Source: Macrostomum lignano
Lineage: Eukaryota
Reading direction: 5' to 3'
DNA: 64,000 bases
Assembly (NCBI GenBank): GCA_002269645.1
Contig: NIVC01003771.1
Span: forward strand, 1-64,000
The notes beneath the pieces are model-generated. The model had not been told where the DNA came from. It saw only the letters and a list, made by a program, of their open reading frames with translations, and ran no database searches. Made by a program: the position numbers and the translations under genes. Shown here in pieces: positions 46,986 through 64,000 of the stretch (positions are counted from its first letter, which is position 1; each line of letters starts with the position of its first letter).

Positions 46986-49599
46986 GACGACCGGACTGAC
47001 TCGCGGAAGTACCGTGGCGGAAGTGGCCGTAGAAGAGGTCGGCGATAGACAGGCAGATTCTAGGCGGCTGCTTCTGGAGCGGGATTTGTCATCCCCGGTG
47101 GCTGTGGGTCAGTTGAAGGGTGGTTTGCTTTTATTTTTCTTAATTTTATCTGCAAGGAATATGCAAAAATATGGAACAGCGCAAGGATACGAAACACGGA
47201 TACCAGATCATCTGTATCAGTTGAAAGACGTCCTTAGCCTTCTAGAGTATCGATCTGCCTGCCCTTTGTCTGAATATTCGATAGTTAGTTGCAAAGCTCA
47301 CCCGGTTTGACTGATCCTAGGTGTGCTGTTGATTGAAATTTTTCGACATACGATACTGAAGGCGATGAAGCTGCGTCAGAGCTGCAGTTTGGGGCCAAAG
47401 TGCACTCAGATCCGCTGAAAATGCTTCTAAGCGTCTAACACATTCCCTTTCACTGCGTTCAGGCAAGTCGTTCAGGCAGACAGGCGGGGACAGGGCCAAG
47501 TCACCATTGGGTCTCGTCTCGCGGTGCAGCGGCGCAAATGGTCGAGGAACATTCGGAAAGCTGGAACATCAGCCCCTCATCCCCAAAATGCAGGTCAGAC
47601 TTTCGAGAGAAGGACGGGGAGCCTGGGAGGAAAACTACTGGGGTGCAGGGCGGGGTTTAGAATCATTTTTAGATTTCGCCATCCTGGAATTTTCCTTGCC
47701 CCACAGACAGAGGACATTTCTGCGTAATTTCTACCGCTTGCCATTTTGCTTGGCCCAGGTGTACAGTCCATGTGTACAGTTACAGCAACACGTACAGGTT
47801 GGTGAATCAGAGAGAGGGGCAGTACGACAGGCCGAAGCTGATCGTTGCTATATCGATGCAGTGAAACACCGAAGAGAGGGAAGAAGTGGAGAAAGGGCTT
47901 AGCTGTGGCCTAGCAGCGGAGCTTTAGATTGTGCAACAGACTACTTCAGAAGGATTAAGACACAAGTTGCAATGCTGTGGATACCATGCTTTAGAAAACT
48001 TTCAAGACTTCGTCTGACACATTCGTGTGCTATTTTTAAGCAAATTTATTTAGTTTAAAATGGCCCATGACGATGAAAACTAGGAATGTTGCCAACAAAA
48101 GTTTTATGTTATAATCGTTGTTTTGATTAAGTTGATGCACCGACGAGCGAGTCACCAACGCGGCACTGTATCGCCGACCTGGTCCATCCAAGCGACCTGT
48201 TGCTCGGTCGACGACTTCAACTTCCAGGCCTCATCATCCTAGAAAAGGATGTTGCTCCCAAAGCTTCAAACTTACTAATAGTTTCAAAGCCCACCACACT
48301 TTGGCTGACATCAAAGACTTTTTAGGCCTTTTAAAGATGAAAACCATTTCAGATCTGCTAATGCATTCATGCTTAAACAAAAATCTCTCTGTATCCTGTC
48401 ACGCCGTCCTCAGGGTGTGCCAAGCTGGCATGATAAAACTAGAGCCCATTTCCCCAGCTAGACTGGTTGCTCCTTAGACCTTATCTGGCTCGAAATAAAA
48501 CCAAAAACAGTTGTACAAACAGGCATTTAAGCGTAACAACACGCGGCTGCTTACTCTGCGTCCGGTAAGAGTACCGGCCCGAGACTCCGCTGGACATGCC
48601 AATCTGCGCGCCGTTGATCTGAGGGCTTCCGAAGTTGCGGCGAAAACTCTACCAGCTACGTACTGGGTCGTGAAGATTCTCCGCCTTTTATTTCCTAGCC
48701 ACATGCTTTCCAGTCGATTTCAAGCTGGCGTACGCGAGCGAACTGCTTTTTCCCCAACGATCAGAAGTTAGGGAAAGGTAAAGTGTGTGCCCCCTACCTG
48801 CGCCGCTGGATAATGAGGCTGTGAGGAATGCTGCACCTTGCAGTGGAACAGAGCGACGGGGTAGTTGGAGAAAAGGAGGCATTGGTACTTGCACAATACA
48901 GTAATACTGTATTGTGTATTTTTGTTGTTGTTGTTGTTGTTGTTGCTGCTGCTTTTGTAAGAAAGATGTTTTCTAGCCGGTTTCTAGCTGGTATATTAAT
49001 ATATTAACACCAATGATAATGCCAATATTAATACCAATGATTTGCGCCCGTTAACGGCGCCTTTTGAGTAGTACGAGCTACATTAAAGCTCTTAAAGCAT
49101 TTTCCATGAGTACATTGAACCCTTTCTAATTGAGTGAGCCACAGCTCTATTAAGCGCCCAAAAATTTTAGAAAACAAAAAATATTCAATGGTGGTGGCTC
49201 ACCCTCACGTTCTAAACCCCCGTGCTTCACTCTTGGAATTTAGCCATATAAGTTCTAGATTTCTATGTGTAGCTTAGGCAAAGTGCCTGTAGTACAATAT
49301 ACTCTCTCATTATAATGAAAGATGCCTGCTGCCTATGGACAAAACTTAGAGCAGAGTGATGCTATGTGCTATGGTAGGTAGTAGCGAAAAAAGGTCAGTC
49401 AAAAAGAAAGTCTAGTAGCAGTCTAGGGGTTAAGGCATATTTTGGCAATCAACTTGTTCAGAAGAGTGCAGCACAGCAAGGCGGCATGCAGAAGCGGTTT
49501 ATGGCTCAAGGCTAGCTTTGTGGCGGCTCATTGTGTATTTAATAGAAGCGTAACTTATATGGCTAAATATATAATTTATGATGAATGTTCAGTGCGAAC

Positions 49600-63791
<14,192 letters not shown>

Positions 63792-64000
63792 CTGCGGGAA
63801 TTCCGTGAGCCTGTGAAGTCTGTGAGCACAGTTGGAGTACACGGCAATAAAAAATCTAAATAACTGAAGTATTAGAGGAAGAATACTGTCAATGGCAGAA
63901 AGGCTATTCGAGTACGAAATCCTATGCGGTATAAATGATTCAAGTCATTTGGAAAGACAATATTGGTTAGTGCAGTGAATATGCATTGGTTAGTGGGTCT

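Overview
Eukaryotic (animal) genomic DNA, not prokaryotic. It has GT-AG spliced genes with GC-rich exons, and many introns are filled with micro- and minisatellites. The YIRx-amide neuropeptide, the density of simple repeats and the codon style suggest a free-living flatworm such as Macrostomum (inference only). Exon chains were reconstructed by hand, checking reading phase at every junction. Genes found: (1) the last two exons of an orphan low-complexity protein (+, 3707-5978); (2) a 4-exon secreted precursor with acidic pro-segments and Arg-rich amphipathic peptides (-, 7286-8938); (3) a 6-exon tetraspanin that the ORF track misses (-, 11580-16002); (4) an ASYIRMamide x9 neuropeptide precursor (-, 21500-22092); (5) an orphan exon (-, ~26643-27130); (6) a Rac-like GTPase (+, 33783-34662); (7) an ANKRD29-like ankyrin protein (-, 37111-38199); (8) a RING-B1-B2-coiled-coil TRIM with a TQT-motif tail and no NHL domain (-, 42907-46985); (9) 20 exons of a voltage-gated calcium channel alpha2-delta subunit that runs off the right edge (-, 49600->63791). 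Also present are three tRNA-derived CORE/Meta-like SINEs, a second structured dispersed repeat, hAT-type ends, about 20 tandem arrays and three almost CpG-free AT-rich blocks. No rRNA, intact tRNA or CRISPR array was seen. The most novel candidate is the modular cationic-peptide precursor at 7.3-8.9 kb.
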